Assembly (NCBI RefSeq): GCF_004010195.1
Contig: NC_057754.1
Coordinates: 9,175,215-9,239,214, forward strand
Source of the DNA: Chiloscyllium plagiosum
Taxonomy: Eukaryota
Length of the DNA stretch: 64,000 nucleotides
Direction of reading: 5' to 3'
Made by a program: the position numbers and the translations under genes. A model generated the notes under the pieces. It was given only the letters and a program-made list of their open reading frames with translations, was not told where the DNA came from and ran no database searches. Shown here one piece after another: positions 60,530 to 64,000 of the stretch. Within the stretch, counting starts at the first letter, position 1. Every line of letters begins with the position of its first letter.

Positions 60530-62515
60530 GGTTCCAGAGGAGATTTAGGAACTGCGAGTCTGACTTTGGCGGTGGTAAGTTGTTGACATTGATTTTGAGA
60601 GATAGGATTTATATGCATTTGGAGAGGCAAGGAATTATTGGGGATAGTCAGCATGGTTTTGTGTGAGGGAAATTGTGTCTCACAAACTTGAATCAGTTTT
60701 TTGAGGAAGTAACCAAGAAAATTGATGAGGGCAGAGCAGTATACACTGTTTACTTGGACTTTAGAAAAGCCTTTGACATTGTTAAGCATGGTCAACTACA
60801 GGTATATAGTAAAATTAGATCACATTGGATTCAGGGTGAGATTGCCAATTGGATACAAAATTCACTTAATGTCAGGAAACAGTGATGGTGGACGACTGTT
60901 TTTCAGACTGGAGGCCTGTGACCAGCAACGTTCCAAAGAGATTGGTGCTTGGTCCACATTTTTCGTCATTTATATAAATAATTTAGATAAGAATATAGAA
61001 GGCATGGTTCGTAAGTCCATGGATGACACAAAAATTGGTGATATAATGGACAGTCAAAAAGATTATCTCAGCTTACAAAGAGATCTTGATCAACTGGGCC
61101 AATGGGGTAAAGAGTGGGCGGCACGGTGGTTAGCATTGCTGCCTCACAGCGCCAGAGACCTGGGTTCAATTCCCACCTCAGGCAACTGACTGTGTGGAGT
61201 TTGCACATTCTCCCCGTGTCTGCGTGGGTTTCCTCCGGGTGCTCCGGTTTCCTCCCACAGTCCAAAGATGTGTGGGTCAGGTGAATTGGCCATACTAAAT
61301 TGCCTGTAGTGTTGGGTAAGGGGTAAATGTAAATGTATGGGTGGGTTGCACGTCGGTGTGGACTTGTTTTCACACTGTAATGTAATCTAATGTAAAGAGT
61401 GGAAGATCGAGTTTAATTTGGATAAATGTGAGTATTGCATTTTTGTACAACAAATAAGGGCAGAACTTATGCAGAGTGGTTAAGAAGGCATTTAACATGC
61501 TTGCCTCATTGCTCAGACATTTTGAGTATAGGAGTTGGGAATGTTATGTTGAGGTTGTACAAGATGATGGTGTGGCCTCTTCTGGAGAATTGTGGTCAGT
61601 TCTGGTCACCCTGTTATTGGAAGGATGTTATCAAGCTGGAGAAGGGTTCAGAAGAGATTTATCAGGATGTTGCTGGGAATGAAAGGTTTGAGTTATAAGG
61701 AAAGGCTGGTTAGCTGGGACCATGTTCATCAGAGGGAGGAAGTTGAGAGGTGACCTTATTGAGGTTTGTAAAGTCATGAGGGGCATGGATAAGGTGAATT
61801 GCAGGTGGGTTTTCCTGTGGGTGGGAGATTTCAAGACTAAGGGACATGTCTTTAAGGTGAGAGGAGAAAGATTTAAAAAAGACATGGGGGCAATTTTTTT
61901 TACATGGAGGGTGGAGAGGAAGTGGTGAATGTGGGCACAGTTACAATGTCTAAAAGACTTTTAGGTAAGTACAAAACAGATAGGATTAGTTTAGTTTGGG
62001 ATTATGTTCGACATGGACTAGTTGGACCGAAAAGTCTGTTTCCATACTGTATGACTCTATATAATAAAGATCCTGGGGATGAAGGGCTTGTCGAATGTGG
62101 AATAGTTGAAGACTCTGAATCTGTACTGGAGTTTAGAAGATTGAGGGGTATCTCATTCAAACTGACAGTAAACTGAGGGGCTTAGATAGAGTGGATGTGG
62201 AGAAGATGTTCCCTCTAATAGGAGCTACTAGAACCCAAGGGCACAACCTTGAAGTGAAGGGACAATCCTTTGCAACTGGCATGAGAAGGAATTTCTTCAG
62301 CTAGAGGGTGATGAACCTCTGGAACTCATTGCTGTGGAGGCCAAGTCATTGAGTATATTTAAGACAGAGATAAATAGATTTATTATCAGTAAGGGTATGA
62401 AGAGTTACAGGGAGAAGGCAGGAGAATGAGGTTGAAAAACATATCAGCCACAGTCAACAGAAGGAAGTCTTCATAGCCAGAATGGCCTAATTCTATTCTA
62501 GTGTCTTAAGGTCTC
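60530..62515 (+). mobile_element. CR1/HER1 LINE fragments
   Basis: CLTNLNQFFEEVTKKIDEG..VYLDFRKAFD, MDDTKIG and LENCGQFWSP. Confidence 0.85.
61116..61391 (+). mobile_element. HE1 SINE inserted in CR1
   Basis: TSD gtaaagagtg(g) at 61107 and 61392. Confidence 0.92.
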
Positions 62516-62824
62516 TCGGTCACTTTATTCCAGAAAATGTGTGACTGTAGCAGTTCAGAGAAGGCTGAGTTGTCTGATCAGGACAGGGAGGACAGGTTGT
62601 ATTGATTGGAGTTTAGAAGAGTAAGAGGGAACTCAAATTGTAAAATATTTGTGCATTCAAAAGAGATAATACCAAAGTTGAAATATGAAACAAAAAACAC
62701 TACAAAAACTCAGCATATCTGAAGAAAAGCAGCTGAGATTTCTAGTTTAAAGCTTTCAAATTGTGTTGTTCTGAAATAGGAAATTAACCTTTCACACCAC
62801 ACCTCACTCCACATAGTTCCAGGA

Positions 62825-63335
62825 GTACTCCCGCTTCTCATTCACTGTGATTGCTTGGAGGACCAGAAGCTTCCAGGCGGTCCGCCGACTCCGCCCCTTC
62901 TTCCTATTGGTCCCGACCTACCATCAATTACTGAGGCTGGCCGGCCCTTTGATTTGGAGCATGCGCAAAGCCGACGTTGCAGCTTGGCTCGGCCGGCACC
63001 AGCTGGGCGGAATAAAACTAGCGAAATGGATGAGGTGAGGTGGAGCGGCTTCATAGATACCCCGCGCAGGCCGGAAATCATGAATAGGACGGTATCGGTG
63101 CGACATTCGAACTAGCGTGCTCCGGCTTTTTCCGTTCGAAGGCCGGACGCCCCCATGTTTCAACGAACAGCGGAACGTTGGCGCTCAAGGAAGCCCCGCC
63201 CGCTGCGCGAGTCAAGCCAAACCGTTGCACTTCGTTCTGATTGGTTGGTTCAGTGTGTTCCGGTGCCGCCCGCCTCGTCTATTGGTCTATACTGCCGTCA
63301 ATCACGCCTATTTGTGAACATGCGCAGTGATGGGG
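62825..63335 (+). promoter_or_regulatory. CpG-island promoter with two inverted cassettes and a putative exon 1
   Basis: Reverse cassettes at 62848-62929 and 63194-63303, NRF1-like gcatgcgca 62959, donor gag|gtgagg near 63035. Confidence 0.7.
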
Positions 63336-63356
63336 AGGCTTTCTGTAGGGATGATG

Positions 63357-63497
63357 AGATTAGATTACAGTGCGGAAACAGGCCCTTCGGCCCAACAAGT
63401 CCACACCGACCCGCCGAAGCGAAGCCCACCCATACCCCTACATTTACCCCTTACCTAACACTACGGGCAATTTTAGTATGGCCAATTCACCTGACCC
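63357..63497 (-). mobile_element. HE1 3' fragment
   Basis: agattagattacagtgcggaaacaggcccttcgg... Confidence 0.85.
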
Positions 63498-63504
63498 AGG
63501 CAAA

Positions 63505-63755
63505 ACTTGAACATCCATTTCAAATTTCCCAGAGGTTAAAGAGTCAGTTACGTTTCTTTGGGTCTGAAATCATGTGTCGGCCAGACCAAGTAAATAATGC
63601 CTTCCCTAAAGGGGAAGCTGATGGATTTTTCAGACAATCGACAATTGTCACACGCTCTTAATTCTAACCTTTATATTGAATTCAAATTGCACTGCTTGCC
63701 ATGGTAGGATTTGAACTCAGTACCCAGAATATCACCTGGGTCTCTGGGTTCATAC
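63505..63755 (-). mobile_element. Deu-domain SINE
   Basis: Reverse Deu domain and tRNA-like head (ttgaattcaaatt...ggatttgaactc). Confidence 0.7.
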
Positions 63756-63777
63756 TCAGAAGGTCTGGTAGCATCTG

Positions 63778-64000
63778 CAGATTAAGCAGCGTTTCGCTTG
63801 TACCTCTTTCAATTTGGTCTATTGCATTCGTTGCTCCCAACGTGGTCTCCTCTATATCGGAGAGACAAAACGCCGACTGGGTGATCGCTTTGCTGAGCAC
63901 CTCCGGTCTGTACGCAATCAGGTCCCGGACCTTCCCGTGGCTTGCTACTTCAACACACAATCCTGCTCCCATGCCCACATGTCTGTCCTTTGGCCTGCTG
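63778..64000 (+). mobile_element. Penelope GIY-YIG endonuclease fragment (runs off the window)
   Basis: Open frame QIKQRFACTSFNLVYCIRCSQRGLLYIGETKRRLGDRFAEHLRSV. Confidence 0.9.

Noticed and set aside
1-64000. CRISPR array or prokaryotic operon/defence system
   Set aside because: The only regular periodicity is the 84-bp zinc-finger coding repeat. No repeat-spacer array or operon structure was seen, and the content is vertebrate.

Overview
Eukaryotic, repeat-rich vertebrate DNA, most likely from a shark. The inference rests on HE1-type V-SINEs with (AATCT)n tails, Deu-domain SINEs and HER1/CR1 LINEs; the tail type suggests a carpet or bamboo shark. The window is part of a tandem C2H2 zinc-finger gene cluster. 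It has four intact single-coding-exon ZNF ORFs (8, 13, 13 and 10 fingers, no KRAB/SCAN/BTB seen), at least five decayed ZNF remnants, five CpG-island promoters (three built from a shared CCAAT/CCAAT/GC-box cassette; NRF1- and/or YY1-like sites in all five), and a decayed histone H4 copy. The rest is nested mobile DNA: CR1, L2 and Rex1-like LINE fragments, HE1 and Deu SINEs, solo LTRs with 4-bp TSDs, a decayed Gmr1-like Gypsy gag (the SCAN-domain progenitor type), two Tc1/mariner-type MITE copies, and many Penelope-like elements carrying minimal hammerhead ribozymes, often as inverted-repeat insertions. No prokaryotic or CRISPR-like system was seen. The best candidates for undescribed biology are the effector-less ZNF family with an invariant PWKC finger and relocated start codon, its duplicated promoter cassette, and the hammerhead-bearing hairpin Penelope insertions. 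Repeat boundaries were placed by eye and are approximate.
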